A DNA stretch of 64,000 nt from Neocallimastix sp. 'constans' (lineage: Eukaryota), in contig JBODTK010000001.1 in NCBI GenBank assembly GCA_050613775.1, positions 1,550,001 to 1,614,000 on the forward strand, in the 5' to 3' direction. The position numbers and the translations under genes are program-made. Positions within the stretch are counted from its first letter, which is position 1; each line of letters starts with the position of its first letter. The notes under the pieces are model-generated. The model was given only the letters and a program-made list of their open reading frames with translations, searched no databases and was not told the origin of the DNA. Below, piece by piece: positions 62,640 to 64,000 of this stretch.

Positions 62640-63254
62640 AAAAAAAAAAGAAGAAAAAAAATTTAGATGCAAAATGTTAACTAATTTATATTTACTTTTA
62701 TATTGTTTTTTATGTTCATGTTATATAAAATATTTAATATATAAAAATTAAAAATAAAATAAAATAAAATAATTCCTAAAAGATAGCATAGCCATATCTT
62801 TATCTACATAGCCTCAAAATAAATTAATAATTGAATAATTGAATAATTAAACAATTGATTAATTGATTTATTAAATAATGGAATAATTGAATAATAATAA
62901 TAAATAAATAAATAAATAATGAATAAATGAATAAATGAATCATTAATTAATTAAATAGAAAATGAATTATAAATAAATAAATAATAAATAAATAAATATT
63001 TCGATTGATAGAAATTATTATTCTTTATATTTTTTAAATATAAAATAATACAATGATATTATTAATTACATTAATAAATAAATCCTTTAATTAAAGATGC
63101 CAAATAATTAGAACTTTTTTTTATTATTATTTTATTTTAAACAATAACTTTTATTTTTATTACATAATATCGATTTATTAATATATATAATATACTAATA
63201 ATATTTAAATAAATTTATTATTAAATTAATTATAATATTATTAAATAAATAAAT

Positions 63255-63397
63255 AAATATAATAATAATTAAATAAATTTATTACTATTAAATTAATTAA
63301 TTAATATTAAATAAATAAATAATTAAATATAATAATAATTAAATAAATTTATTACTATTAAATTAATTAATTAATATTAAATAAATAAATAATTAAA
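63255..63397. repeat. 70-bp perfect tandem duplication
   Basis: aaatataataataattaaataaatttattactattaaattaattaattaatattaaataaataaataatt occurs twice. Confidence 0.8.
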
Positions 63398-63498
63398 TAA
63401 TTAAAAAAATATAAATTATCAAACCTTAACAGTTTTTTTTTTTTTTTAAAAAAAAAAAAAATTGTCATACTTTAAAAAACAATTTAAAATAAAAACTA

Positions 63499-63529
<31 letters not shown>

Positions 63530-64000
63530 TTATAGAAAATTGTCATATTTTAAAAAACAATTTAAAATAATAACCATATTAAAATTAAAAATTTAAAAAA
63601 CCAAATAATAAAAGAAAACAACAAACAATAGCTAAATATAATTTTTTGAATAAATTTTGAATATATGAATGATATTTTATTTTTAATAATTAGATTTTTA
63701 AATTCAAAAACACATTTCAAAATTTATAAATTTCAAATTTAATTTTGTTTAATTAAAAAATTAAAAATAAAATAAAATAAAATAATATATATATATTTAT
63801 TTATTCTTAATATTTATATTTTAAAATTTTATAATTGAAATTCAATATAAACCCTTTTATATATGAATATAATATAATAAAAATAAAATAATTATTTAAA
63901 AAAATCAAATTTCTAAATAATAAAATTTTAACTTTAATAGTAATAATAAAAAAATTCCTATATACTTAGAACAAAAATAAAAATAAAAATAAAAATAAAA

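Overview
This is extremely AT-rich eukaryotic DNA with many introns, long homopolymers and (ATT)n arrays. An anaerobic gut fungus (Neocallimastigomycota) is the most likely source; this is an inference from composition and gene content. Spliced host genes: IMP4, a Rab11/Ypt31 GTPase, a DHA2-type MFS transporter, a SIW14-like phosphatase, TAF4, dUTPase and a secreted bacterial-type transglutaminase-like protein. There is also an intronless 4-TM orphan. The rest is a layered mobile-element landscape. (1) A very young Ty1/Copia element (52587-58946, identical 320-bp LTRs) is inserted into an (ATT)n array inside an older Copia fossil; its primer-binding site matches the anticodon arm of tRNA-Lys(CUU), implying half-tRNA priming. 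(2) A deleted Copia derivative at 21.3-22.6 kb carries the same PBS. (3) Several LINE fossils and a Gypsy integrase fossil are present. (4) Two different tRNA-headed SINE-like elements (59.9-60.4 and 61.0-61.5 kb) share a 3' motif with the LINE fossils. All coordinates and alignments were read by eye; no searches were run.
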